In this document: positions 30,988-40,171 of the stretch, piece by piece | How the letters are laid out: each line of letters opens with the position of its first letter | Numbering within the stretch: position 1 is the first letter of the stretch | NCBI GenBank assembly: GCA_049642065.1 | Contig: JBAROK010000026.1 | Location: 1,868 to 65,867, forward strand | DNA: 64,000 nucleotides | Reading direction: 5' to 3' | Source: Candidatus Omnitrophota bacterium | Lineage (GTDB): Bacteria > Omnitrophota > Gorgyraeia > Tantalellales > Tantalellaceae | Position numbers and translations under genes: made by a program | Notes under the pieces: model-generated | The model's database searches: none | The model's input: only the letters and a program-made list of their open reading frames with translations | Told to the model about the DNA's origin: nothing

Positions 30988-31017
30988 GGTCTCAATACAC
31001 AGAAAGGGAAATGTTTC

Positions 31018-31968
31018 ATGGGCGATGAGAAAGTTAAAAAAGAAGCTACCAGGGACGGTTTCGGTAAAGCTTTACTGTATCTGGGAGAGAAGAACAAAGA
31101 TGTAGTCGTGTTATCAGCGGATCTTACTGAGTCGTGCAGGGCGCATTGGTTCAAAGACAAGTATCCGGATCGGTTCGTCAGTCACGGTGTTGCCGAACAG
31201 GACATGATAAGCGCGGCTGCAGGTCTTGCGCTTGCGGGAAAAATACCTTTTGCCGTTACCTTCGGGGCTTTCGCAAGCGGAAGAGCCTGGGATCAGGTGA
31301 GAGTATCGGTAGCTTATATGAACCTTAACGTCAATATTGCTGGAAGTCACGGCGGTATATCTGTAGGCGGCGATGGTGCGACTCACCAAGCGCTTGAAGA
31401 AATAGCTTTGATGCGGATAATCCCTAACATGACGGTTGTAGTGCCCGCTGATTCTGAAGAAGCTTATCAGGCAACAATACAGGCAACACAGATAGATGGC
31501 CCGGTATATATCAGGTTAGGCAGAGAGAAGGTGCCACTGCTGGAGACTAAGACTCCGTTCAAGATCGGCGAAGCGTCCGTTCTTACCGAAGGGGATGACC
31601 TTACTATTGTTGCTTGCGGTCACATGGTATTCAAGGCATTGGAAGCGGCATACAGGCTCAAGGCCAAGAATATACAAGCAAGAGTTATAAACTTACATAC
31701 ACCCAGTCCGATAGACAGGGAAACCCTGGCTAAAGCGGCTCGTGAAACGGGTGCGATACTGACGGTGGAAGAGCATACTGTTTATGGCGGTATGGGAAGT
31801 GCTGTTGCCGAAGTGATCGTGGAAGAATGTCCTGTCTTGATGAAGATGATGGGATTAAAAGATGAGTTCGGTGTAAGCGGAGAGCCAGCGGAACTCTTCA
31901 AACTTTTTGGGCTTACTGAAGATGATATAGTGAAAGAAGCGGAAACGTTGGTCGCCAGAAAGAAATAA
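31018..31968 (+). CDS. transketolase, C-terminal (pyrimidine-binding) subunit
   Basis: Transketolase central/C-terminal motifs DGFGKAL, VSHGVAEQDM, GSHGGISVGGDGATHQ; 316 aa. Confidence 0.9.
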   Translation: MGDEKVKKEATRDGFGKALLYLGEKNKDVVVLSADLTESCRAHWFKDKYPDRFVSHGVAEQDMISAAAGLALAGKIPFAVTFGAFASGRAWDQVRVSVAYMNLNVNIAGSHGGISVGGDGATHQALEEIALMRIIPNMTVVVPADSEEAYQATIQATQIDGPVYIRLGREKVPLLETKTPFKIGEASVLTEGDDLTIVACGHMVFKALEAAYRLKAKNIQARVINLHTPSPIDRETLAKAARETGAILTVEEHTVYGGMGSAVAEVIVEECPVLMKMMGLKDEFGVSGEPAELFKLFGLTEDDIVKEAETLVARKK

Positions 31969-32001
31969 ACCGCCAGGGATATTCCTCGGCGGTTATCTTT
32001 T
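31968..32001 (+). terminator. terminator-like hairpin after the transketolase C subunit
   Basis: Stem aaccgcc / ggcggtt with a 13-nt loop, then atctttt. Confidence 0.4.
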
Positions 32002-32014
32002 ATATAATAGTAGG

Positions 32015-32881
32015 ATGGACACCATGGAAGTTACAGCACCTGCCAAGATTAATCTTTATCTTAGGGTGGTCAGAAAACTGGATGACGGTTACCATGAGAT
32101 AGAGACCCTTTTTGAGCGGATTTCCATATTTGATAGGATAGTAATAGAACCGTCACAGAACGGAACTATAATCCAGTGTGACGATCCCAAGGTGCCTACC
32201 GACGAAGAAAGCCTTCTTGGTAAAACCGTTAAGGCTTTCCGGGAGGAATCGGGGAAAAAGGAAGATTTTTACATATCTTTAGAAAAGAACATCCCCATAA
32301 GTGCTGGTATGGGTGGAGGTTCCAGCGATGCTGCCGCGCTGCTGAAAGGGATGAACGAGATGACGGGATCTCCCCTTGAAAAAGAGGCGCTTCTTAAGAT
32401 AGGACGCACCTTGGGAGCAGATATCCCGTTTTTCCTGTCCGGCTGCAGTTTCGGGCATGGAACGGGACGAGGGGATATTATAGAAAAGCTGGAAACCCCC
32501 CATGATTTATGGCATGTAGTGGTGAACCCTCCGTTCGAAGTGGCCACAAAAGATGTCTACAGCAAGACATCTGCTTTTGCCTTGACAAAAAATAGGGGGG
32601 TTGATAGAATGATTTCCGCTTTTTCAATAGGTAATAATATTAAAGAGATAGCGGAAAATCTTCGTAACGATTTACAGGATATAGTATTACGGGAATTTCC
32701 ATCGTTGGAACAGGTGTTTTCCGAGTTGCGGGAAGCGGGAGCTGAAGGGGTACTTTTATCCGGAAGCGGACCTACCGTTTTCGGTATTTTTACCCGGGGA
32801 AAAGCGGAGAAAACTGCGGAAGATATCAAACGCGTGTTTTCGGGAGAAAACTGGCGGGTTTATGTGGCCCGGACTTATTAG
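32015..32881 (+). CDS. ispE: 4-diphosphocytidyl-2-C-methyl-D-erythritol kinase
   Basis: GHMP kinase family: PAKINLYLRV and the ATP motif PISAGMGGGSSDAAA. The start may be the ATG at 32024 (MEVTAP). Confidence 0.88.
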   Translation: MDTMEVTAPAKINLYLRVVRKLDDGYHEIETLFERISIFDRIVIEPSQNGTIIQCDDPKVPTDEESLLGKTVKAFREESGKKEDFYISLEKNIPISAGMGGGSSDAAALLKGMNEMTGSPLEKEALLKIGRTLGADIPFFLSGCSFGHGTGRGDIIEKLETPHDLWHVVVNPPFEVATKDVYSKTSAFALTKNRGVDRMISAFSIGNNIKEIAENLRNDLQDIVLREFPSLEQVFSELREAGAEGVLLSGSGPTVFGIFTRGKAEKTAEDIKRVFSGENWRVYVARTY

Positions 32882-32935
32882 TGCAGGTAGAAAACCCACA
32901 GTAATGGGACGCATCCACAGAAAGGAGCAATTAAG

Positions 32936-33457
32936 ATGAAGATTACGGAAGTCAGGATCTTTCCTACGGAAAGTAAGGATGGTAAGCTTAAAGCTTTTGC
33001 TACCATGACATTTGATGACTGGTTCGTGGTGCGCAACGTCAAGGTAATACAGGGTAACAACGGTCTTTTCGTAGCAATGCCTTCCAGAAAGGCTATGGAC
33101 GCTTGCTCAAAATGTAACTTCAAAAATGTAAGAGGCTCAAGATATTGCAACCAGTGTGGCGCCCAGATGGGACAGGTAGAGATAGCAGACGATAATGCCG
33201 GTAAGAATTCAGGTAACCACATGGATATAGCGCACCCGATAACGCAGGAATGCAGAGTATACATACAAGATAGTATACTTACTGCGTATAAAAAGGATCA
33301 GGATAGACAGGAGCAGGAAGGGTCGTCCTATACACCCGCTTCGGATAATGACCTGAACGTAACAGCTGATCAGCTTTTAATGGGGAAAAGTGCTCCTAGT
33401 GAAGAACGCGTGGCAGAAGTTGCTGACGTAGAAGACGCCAAGGATATTGAGTTGTAA
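32936..33457 (+). CDS. spoVG: SpoVG-family protein fused to a C-terminal CxxC...CxxC zinc ribbon and an acidic tail
   Basis: MKITEVRIFPT...FVVRNVKVIQGNNGLFVAMPS is the SpoVG core. CSKCNFKNVRGSRYCNQCG then adds a zinc-ribbon extension, giving 173 aa against about 100 aa for typical SpoVG. Confidence 0.75.
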   Translation: MKITEVRIFPTESKDGKLKAFATMTFDDWFVVRNVKVIQGNNGLFVAMPSRKAMDACSKCNFKNVRGSRYCNQCGAQMGQVEIADDNAGKNSGNHMDIAHPITQECRVYIQDSILTAYKKDQDRQEQEGSSYTPASDNDLNVTADQLLMGKSAPSEERVAEVADVEDAKDIEL

Positions 33458-33479
33458 TACTTCGTCGATAAGCAGCAGC

Positions 33480-33553
33480 TGGCGGATAGTGTAATGGTAG
33501 CACCGCAGCTTTTGGAGCTGCTTGTCAAGGTTCGAATCCTTGTCCGCCAGCCA
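33480..33553 (+). tRNA. tRNA-Gln (anticodon TTG)
   Basis: Cloverleaf: acceptor TGGCGGA / TCCGCCA, anticodon loop TTTTGGA, T-loop GGTTCGAATCC, 3' GCCA. Confidence 0.85.
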
Positions 33554-33605
33554 GCTAAAACTAGGCTAGGAATAGAACGTTCGCGGAATAAACAAGGACA
33601 GGAGT

Positions 33606-34865
33606 ATGAAAAATATTACAGCGGTTATACTCGCTGCGGGGCTGGGGACCAGGATGAAATCAAGTGTTCCTAAGGTCCTGCACCGGGTCGGATCCGAGAC
33701 CATTCTCGGAAAGGTCGTTGCCAGTCTTAAAAAGGCCGGGGTAAACGATATAATCGCCGTGGTCGGGCACAAAGCCGAACAGGTTGAAGCTCTTTTTAAA
33801 GACGATATGAGGTTTGTAAGGCAACCGGAACTATTGGGTTCTGGGGACGCGTTAAAACGCGCCGCAGAAAAGATAACTGATACTGGCGGTGATGTACTTG
33901 TAACGTGCGGTGACGCACCGCTTATTACCGGTTCGATCTACAAGAAGCTTATTGACGCAAAGCTTACCGAGAAAGCTTCTTGTGCTATTCTGACGTGCCG
34001 GATGGAGGACCCTACTTCTTATGGCAGGGTCGTGCGGGGCGAAGATAACACCGTGCTTCGGATAGTCGAAGAGAAGGACGCTTCAGAAGAGGAAAGAAAG
34101 ATCGATGAGATAAACGTCGGCACCTATTGTTTTTCCAGGGCCGAGCTTAAAAAGCATATAAACGATATTGAGCTCAATGAAAATAAAAAAGAGTTTTATT
34201 TAACCGATATCGTTGAGGTACTTACGCGTAACGGGAAGAAAATAGTGTCCGAAAGCTGCAGCTCTACTGAAGCGATCGGCATAAACTCGAGAAAAGACTT
34301 GGCGGTGGCGAATAAAATGGCCTACAAAAAGAAGCTTGAAGAGCTGATGGATTCGGGCGTAACGATAATAGACCCTGATAATACCTACATAGACGATATG
34401 GCGGAAATAGGCAGGGATACGGTTATTTTCCCGAATACTGTTATAGAAAAAGACGTAAAAGTTGCTGAAGGCTGCAGGATCGGGCCTTTTGCGCGATTGA
34501 GGCCGGGAACGAGAGTTTCCGAAAGCGTGGAGATAGGGAATTTCGTGGAACTCTGCCGTACACAGATAGGTAAGAACACGAAAGTCAAGCACCATACTTA
34601 TCTAGGCGACACCGTTGTTGGTGAAGATGCTAATATAGGTGCCGGAACTATTACCGCGAATTATGATGGTAAAGATAAGTTCCAGACAGTTATTGAAGAT
34701 AACGCTTTTATCGGCGTAGGAGTTGTGCTTATCGCGCCTGTAAAAATAGGAAAGGGTGCCAAGGTCGGCGCGGGTAGCGTTGTGACCAAGAATAAGGATG
34801 TTCCTGCAGGGGGCACGGTAGTTGGTGTTCCGGCGAGACCGTTCGATCCGCAAAGGAAGGGATGA
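33606..34865 (+). CDS. glmU: bifunctional UDP-N-acetylglucosamine pyrophosphorylase / glucosamine-1-phosphate N-acetyltransferase
   Basis: Nucleotidyltransferase motif AVILAAGLGTRMKS. The C-terminal half carries left-handed beta-helix hexapeptide repeats. Directly followed by prs. Confidence 0.8.
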   Translation: MKNITAVILAAGLGTRMKSSVPKVLHRVGSETILGKVVASLKKAGVNDIIAVVGHKAEQVEALFKDDMRFVRQPELLGSGDALKRAAEKITDTGGDVLVTCGDAPLITGSIYKKLIDAKLTEKASCAILTCRMEDPTSYGRVVRGEDNTVLRIVEEKDASEEERKIDEINVGTYCFSRAELKKHINDIELNENKKEFYLTDIVEVLTRNGKKIVSESCSSTEAIGINSRKDLAVANKMAYKKKLEELMDSGVTIIDPDNTYIDDMAEIGRDTVIFPNTVIEKDVKVAEGCRIGPFARLRPGTRVSESVEIGNFVELCRTQIGKNTKVKHHTYLGDTVVGEDANIGAGTITANYDGKDKFQTVIEDNAFIGVGVVLIAPVKIGKGAKVGAGSVVTKNKDVPAGGTVVGVPARPFDPQRKG

Positions 34866-35806
34866 CATATATGGACAAGTTAACTATTTTCAGCGGTAAC
34901 AGTAATCCGGCGCTTGCCGAAAGTATATGTGAGAGCCTTGGCGTACCGATGGGTGAAAGCGCAGTGACCAGGTTCAGCGACGGTGAGGTCCGCGTTAAGA
35001 TCAAAGAAAACGTAAGAGGGAAGGATGTCTTTGTTATTCAGTCAACTTCCGCTCCGGCCAATGAGAACCTCATGGAGCTTTTGATAATGCTGGATGCGTT
35101 CAAGAGGTCCTCGGCCAAGAGGATAACGGCAGTTCTTCCGTATTTCGGATACGCGCGGCAGGACAGGAAAGATCAGCCCCGAGTGCCGATAACCGCCAAG
35201 CTTGTGGCGAATTTACTTACCCGGGCGGGAGCTGACAGGGTACTCACGATCGATCTGCACGCGGGCCAGATACAGGGTTTCTTTGACATACCGGTTGATC
35301 ATCTCTACGCGGTGAATATCTTTGAAGAATATTTCAAAGAGAAAAACATAAAAGATATCGCGATAGTTTCTCCGGACGTGGGAGGCATCAAGATGGCCCG
35401 GGCTTATGCTAAAAGGTTTGATGCGGGTCTGGCAATTGTCGATAAAAGACGTATAAGCGATGTGAAAGCGGAAGTGATGCATATCCTCGGTGATGTTGAG
35501 GGAAAGAACGTCATAATAGTTGACGATATGGTCGCGACAGCAGGCAGCATTACAGAAGCCGCTGCGGCACTTAAAAAGAACGGCGCTAAGGATATTTACG
35601 CGGCTATTACGCACCCGGTGCTTTGTGGGCCCGCGATAGAGAGGATAAAGGGTTCGCAGATAAAGCAGCTGGTAGTGGCCGATACTATACCACTTGATAA
35701 AGAGAAGAAAATAGATAACATCGCGCAACTCTCTGTTTCTGACCTCTTGGGTGAAGCAATACGACGCATACACAACGAAGAGACAGTAAGCGCTTTATTT
35801 GAATAA
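34862..35806 (+). CDS. prs: ribose-phosphate pyrophosphokinase
   Basis: LTIFSGNSNPALAE N-terminus and the PRPP-binding site VDDMVATAGS; 314 aa. Confidence 0.95.
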   Translation: MTYMDKLTIFSGNSNPALAESICESLGVPMGESAVTRFSDGEVRVKIKENVRGKDVFVIQSTSAPANENLMELLIMLDAFKRSSAKRITAVLPYFGYARQDRKDQPRVPITAKLVANLLTRAGADRVLTIDLHAGQIQGFFDIPVDHLYAVNIFEEYFKEKNIKDIAIVSPDVGGIKMARAYAKRFDAGLAIVDKRRISDVKAEVMHILGDVEGKNVIIVDDMVATAGSITEAAAALKKNGAKDIYAAITHPVLCGPAIERIKGSQIKQLVVADTIPLDKEKKIDNIAQLSVSDLLGEAIRRIHNEETVSALFE

Positions 35807-35835
35807 AATAGAAAAATAGAAAAGGAGCAAGATAA

Positions 35836-36531
35836 ATGGAAAAGATAATCTTAAAAGCTGAAGAGAGAGAAAGCACAGGGAAAGACGTGTGCAAACAGCT
35901 CAGACGAGACGGAAAGATCCCGGCTGTTGTGTATAAAGAAGGTAAAAAAGCCCTTAGCGTACAGGTAGAAAGTAAGGATCTGTGGCATGCGCTTCATACC
36001 GACGCAGGGGAGAACGCTATTATCACAATGGATATATCCGGAGATAAAGCGACCAAGAAAACCGTTATCGTTCAGGAAACGCAGCATGATCCTCTAAACG
36101 ATAAGTTCCTGCACGTTGATTTTCATGAGATATCCATGAAAGAAGCACTTAAGGTCAAGGTGCCTATACACCTTAAAGGCGAAGCTATAGGTGTGACGGA
36201 AGAAAGTGGCATCTTGAACCAGATCATATGGGAGATCGAGGTAGAATGTCTTCCGACATCTATACCGGAACGTATAGAGATTATTGTGGAAGAGCTTAAG
36301 ATAGGCGATGCGGTCCACATTCAGGAAGTTACACCTCCCGAAGGCGTAAAAATACTTGGTGATCCCGAAGACGTTGTAGTTACCGTGACTCCGCCGCAGG
36401 CCGAAGAGGAAGAAGAAGCGGTTGAAGGCGAAGAAGAGGCTGGCGCAGAGCCGGAGCTCATCCAGAAGGGCAAGAAAGAGGAAGAAGAAGAGGCTGAAGG
36501 CGAAGAATCTTCTGCCGAAGGTGGAGAATAG
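35836..36531 (+). CDS. rplY: 50S ribosomal protein L25 / general stress protein Ctc, with an E-rich C-terminal tail
   Basis: L25/Ctc family N-terminus (KAEERESTGKD...RRDGKIPAVVY). It sits in the conserved prs-rplY-pth order. Confidence 0.85.
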   Translation: MEKIILKAEERESTGKDVCKQLRRDGKIPAVVYKEGKKALSVQVESKDLWHALHTDAGENAIITMDISGDKATKKTVIVQETQHDPLNDKFLHVDFHEISMKEALKVKVPIHLKGEAIGVTEESGILNQIIWEIEVECLPTSIPERIEIIVEELKIGDAVHIQEVTPPEGVKILGDPEDVVVTVTPPQAEEEEEAVEGEEEAGAEPELIQKGKKEEEEEAEGEESSAEGGE

Positions 36532-36584
36532 TTTTTCGTCACTTGTGTCTTGATAGGTGAATGCAAGACACGGGCTAAGATACA

Positions 36585-37145
36585 ATGAAAATTATCGTAG
36601 GGTTAGGTAATCCGGGGTTAAGGTACAGAAGCACCAGACACAATGCGGGATTTCTGGTGTTAAAGGCACTTGCAAAAAAACACCGGATGTCGATACGAAA
36701 AAAAGGCTTCCAGGGGGTATACGGAATAGGGCGTATACTGGAGCAGGAAGTCATGCTCTTTGAACCACTCACGTTCATGAACCGTTCCGGTGGAGCCGTA
36801 AAAGCGGTTTGTTCTTCTAAGCTGGAAGATAAAAATGATCTTCTGGTGGTCGGCGATGATTTTAATCTTCCGCTGGGGACGATAAGGTTGAGAGAAAAAG
36901 GCTCTGCGGGAGGTCATAACGGCCTGCAGTCGGTAATAGAGATCATAGGTCCGGATTTTGCCAGACTGAGGCTCGGGATAGGTTCTGGTTCGGCGGCAGG
37001 AGACATGTCTTCATATGTACTGGCGCCTTTTCCCAGAGCTGAAAAGCCTGTCTTGAACGAAATGCTCGAGGCAGCCGTTGATGCGATCGAAATATGGCTC
37101 AAAAAAGGCACAAAAAAGGCCATGAATTTGCATAACTCTCGATAA
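36585..37145 (+). CDS. pth: peptidyl-tRNA hydrolase
   Basis: IVGLGNPG...RHNAGF and GHNGL motifs; 186 aa. Confidence 0.95.
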   Translation: MKIIVGLGNPGLRYRSTRHNAGFLVLKALAKKHRMSIRKKGFQGVYGIGRILEQEVMLFEPLTFMNRSGGAVKAVCSSKLEDKNDLLVVGDDFNLPLGTIRLREKGSAGGHNGLQSVIEIIGPDFARLRLGIGSGSAAGDMSSYVLAPFPRAEKPVLNEMLEAAVDAIEIWLKKGTKKAMNLHNSR

Positions 37146-37275
37146 AGACAGAGGTTAAACTAATGGGGCAGATTCAAGAAAACGTGTTCCATAAAACATA
37201 TTGAATATGCTTAGGATATATGTTAGTATCTATCAATTAAAATCAAATAAATATAAGGAAGTTCGGTGATAATTA

Positions 37276-37563
37276 ATGGAAAACACTAGATCGTATTCAG
37301 GATTATTCATCATTGTCCCGGAGCAACAGGACTCTATGGACGATATGAAAAAGACTATAAATACTGTTATTGGGGAGAATTCCGGCAATATAGTTAAAGA
37401 GAACATGATGGGTAAAAGGGTTCTTGCCTATCCGATCAAGAAGAAGACTGAAGGTATATATTACGAGGTCACTTTTGACGCTGCGCCTGAATCTATCGTG
37501 AACATGATGAAACTGTTCAGGATAAATACGGATATCCTCAGGACGTTGATCGATAAGAACTAA
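37276..37563 (+). CDS. rpsF: 30S ribosomal protein S6
   Basis: 95 aa; first gene of the S6-SSB-S18-L9 context. Confidence 0.85.
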   Translation: MENTRSYSGLFIIVPEQQDSMDDMKKTINTVIGENSGNIVKENMMGKRVLAYPIKKKTEGIYYEVTFDAAPESIVNMMKLFRINTDILRTLIDKN

Positions 37564-37597
37564 CATTTTTGCTGATTTCAACTTAGGAGAAGGAACA

Positions 37598-38047
37598 ATG
37601 GCTGCAAGTTTAAATAAAGTTTTTTTGATGGGCAACCTTACAAGGGACCCTGAATTACGTTATGTGCCCAGTGGGGCTGCGGTCGCTAATTTTACCCTGG
37701 CTGTTAACCGGCTTTACAAAGATAACGCGGGCGAAAAGAAAGAAGACGTGTCTTTCATTCGAGTAGTGGTCTGGGGCAAGATGGCAGAGATATGTGGCGA
37801 GTACCTTACAAAGGGTAGGCCAGTTTTGGTAGAAGGACGTCTGAAATCCCGTTCGTGGGAAGATCAGTCTGGCCAGAAAAGAAGTGCGTTGGATGTAGTT
37901 GCGGTAAACGTGCAGTTCATAGGGCCCAAGGGGCAGAGGCAGGATGCCACCGCGCCGCAGGCAACCGGGGACGTCGATAGCGGTTACGGCAGTGGTGTAG
38001 AAGCGATTGATGTTGAAGAAGGCGGGACGGACCAGCCTCCATTTTAA
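37598..38047 (+). CDS. ssb: single-stranded DNA-binding protein
   Basis: OB-fold N-terminus NKVFLMGNLTRDPELRY, a Gly-rich linker, and an acidic C-terminal tip (DQPPF). Confidence 0.92.
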   Translation: MAASLNKVFLMGNLTRDPELRYVPSGAAVANFTLAVNRLYKDNAGEKKEDVSFIRVVVWGKMAEICGEYLTKGRPVLVEGRLKSRSWEDQSGQKRSALDVVAVNVQFIGPKGQRQDATAPQATGDVDSGYGSGVEAIDVEEGGTDQPPF

Positions 38048-38068
38048 CCGATAGGATGAGAGAAGGAT

Positions 38069-38353
38069 ATGTCAAAAAAGAAAGTAATTACAAAAACAAG
38101 AAGAGTATTCAAGAAAAAACCTTGCCGGTTATGTAAAGACAAGGTAGAAAAGCTAGACTACAAGGATGTTGATCTTCTGAAGAGATTCATCTCCGACAGG
38201 GGCAAGATCACACCTCCGCGTCTTACGGGCAGCTGTGCGAAGCATCAGCGTATGATATCCAATGGTATCAAAAAAGCGCGGCTAGCGGCTTTATTGCCGT
38301 TCGTAAAAGTTAAAGAAGGGTTGGCACGCGGACGCGGGAGGAGACAATCGTGA
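38069..38353 (+). CDS. rpsR: 30S ribosomal protein S18
   Basis: [18 protein letters not shown]...RLTG, the S18 signature; 94 aa. Confidence 0.93.
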   Translation: MSKKKVITKTRRVFKKKPCRLCKDKVEKLDYKDVDLLKRFISDRGKITPPRLTGSCAKHQRMISNGIKKARLAALLPFVKVKEGLARGRGRRQS

Positions 38354-38793
38354 AAGTTATACTGATCAAAGACATAAATAAGCTGGGCGAGATCGGAGAC
38401 GAAGTGCAGGTAAAAGACGGTTATGCCCGGAATTACCTTATTCCCCAAAAGATAGCCATAGAATCTAATAAAGGCGCTTTACTGGTCATCGAACAGAAGA
38501 AGCGCGAGAAGGCCCACAAGGAGCAGAAGCTGAAGGAAGAATGCGAGCAGATGGCCGAAAAGATAAAATCGTTATCCTGTACGATTTCAATGGAAGCCGG
38601 TGAAGAAGACAAGCTTTTTGGGGCCGTTACTTCGGAGATGATCGCCGAGAACCTTCTGACAGAAGGCGTTGAAGTAGACAAAAAGAAAATCGTTCTTGAA
38701 GAACCGATAAAAGCGCTGGGCGTTTATAACGTCGATATCCGCTTACATCCGGAAGTTACGGCTCAAGCCCGGGTCTGGGTCGTTAAAAAATAA
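38350..38793 (+). CDS. rplI: 50S ribosomal protein L9
   Basis: [34 protein letters not shown]-terminus; 147 aa. Confidence 0.93.
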   Translation: MKVILIKDINKLGEIGDEVQVKDGYARNYLIPQKIAIESNKGALLVIEQKKREKAHKEQKLKEECEQMAEKIKSLSCTISMEAGEEDKLFGAVTSEMIAENLLTEGVEVDKKKIVLEEPIKALGVYNVDIRLHPEVTAQARVWVVKK

Positions 38794-38815
38794 CTACGTT
38801 CTCCCGGTTTTTGAA

Positions 38816-40171
38816 ATGATTCCTAAAACTCTTATCGAAAAAGTACCTCCTCAGAATGCAGAGGCTGAGATCGCTGTTTTGGGATCAATGCTCTTGGACA
38901 GGGAAGCTATCTCAAGAGCCATTGAACTTCTAGAACAGTCCTCTTTCTATTCTGAATCCAACAAGAAGATATTTGAAGCCATAGTGAAACTATACGATAG
39001 CAACGAAGCCGTTGATATCGTTACCCTCATTGAAGAACTCAAGAAGAAGGACATACTGGACGAGGTGGGCGGTCCGTCCTATATCACGGCGCTTGCCAAC
39101 AGTATTCCTACAGCAGCCAATATAGAACATTACGCAAAGATAGTCCGGGAAAAGTTTCTGATCAGGTCCTTGATAAATACCGCCACACAGATAGCTGCTG
39201 AAAGTTACGAGCCTTCCTGCGAGGCGGAAGAGCTTTTGGACAGGGCCGAGAAATTGATATTCGATATCACTTCGAACAAAAAGAGAGAAATGTACGTTGC
39301 CGTAATGAAGGATATCGTCAAAGAAACTATCGAGACCATTGATCGCTTATATCAGAGAAAAGAGAATATAACGGGTATCCCCACGGGTTTTCATGATTTT
39401 GATGTAATGACGGCGGGTCTTCAGAAATCAGATTTCATTGTTCTTGCAGGACGTCCTTCCATGGGTAAAAGTGCGCTTGCTATATGCATGATGGAGTACG
39501 CGGGTGTAATAGAAAAAATACCGTGCGCGTATTTCAGCCTCGAAATGTCAAAAGACCAGCTGGCGCAAAGAATGTTGTGTTCCATTGCAGGCGTGAACGC
39601 GCACAAAGTAAGGACGGGGTTCCTTTCTCAGAACGATTGGCCGGAACTGGTAAAAGCCGCTCAAAAGCTTTCGGAAGCGCCTATTTACATAGACGATACT
39701 CCGGGCATAAGCGCGCTTGAGCTGCGCGCTAAAGCAAGAAGACTAAAAGCCAAACATGATATCAAGCTGATGGTGATTGACTATATGCAGCTTATGAGAG
39801 GGGCTTCCAGGTCAGAGAATCGTCAGCAGGAGATATCCGAGATATCCCGGTCGATGAAAGCTCTGGCGCGAGAACTTAACGTGCCGATAATAGCTATAAG
39901 CCAGCTTTCCAGGGCGGTCGAGCAGCGCCAGGATCACAGGCCGCAGCTTTCCGACTTGAGGGAGTCCGGCGCTATCGAACAGGACGCGGATCTGGTAGTA
40001 CTGCTTTTGCGTGAAGAGTATTACAGTCCTACCGAAGAGAATAAGGGCCTTGCGGAAGTTATAGTGGCCAAACAGCGGCACGGTCCCGTAGGGTCGATTA
40101 AACTGGCATTTATATCTGAGTTTACCAAATTCAGCAACTTATCCAGAATAGAAGAGGAAGAAGGCTTTTGA
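38816..40171 (+). CDS. dnaB: replicative DNA helicase
   Basis: N-terminal PPQNAEAEIAVLGSML, Walker A GRPSMGKS, and the RecA-like ISQLSR motif; 451 aa. Confidence 0.95.
   Translation: MIPKTLIEKVPPQNAEAEIAVLGSMLLDREAISRAIELLEQSSFYSESNKKIFEAIVKLYDSNEAVDIVTLIEELKKKDILDEVGGPSYITALANSIPTAANIEHYAKIVREKFLIRSLINTATQIAAESYEPSCEAEELLDRAEKLIFDITSNKKREMYVAVMKDIVKETIETIDRLYQRKENITGIPTGFHDFDVMTAGLQKSDFIVLAGRPSMGKSALAICMMEYAGVIEKIPCAYFSLEMSKDQLAQRMLCSIAGVNAHKVRTGFLSQNDWPELVKAAQKLSEAPIYIDDTPGISALELRAKARRLKAKHDIKLMVIDYMQLMRGASRSENRQQEISEISRSMKALARELNVPIIAISQLSRAVEQRQDHRPQLSDLRESGAIEQDADLVVLLLREEYYSPTEENKGLAEVIVAKQRHGPVGSIKLAFISEFTKFSNLSRIEEEEGF

Noticed and set aside
35213-35773. 186-aa - strand ORF
   Set aside because: Antisense to prs, which carries a strong PRPP synthetase signature.
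36420-36531. GAA/GAG-rich stretch at the 3' end of rplY as a microsatellite or frameshift site
   Set aside because: It is in-frame Glu codons forming an acidic tail with mixed GAA/GAG/GCT usage, not a perfect repeat. A similar acidic tail is on S2.
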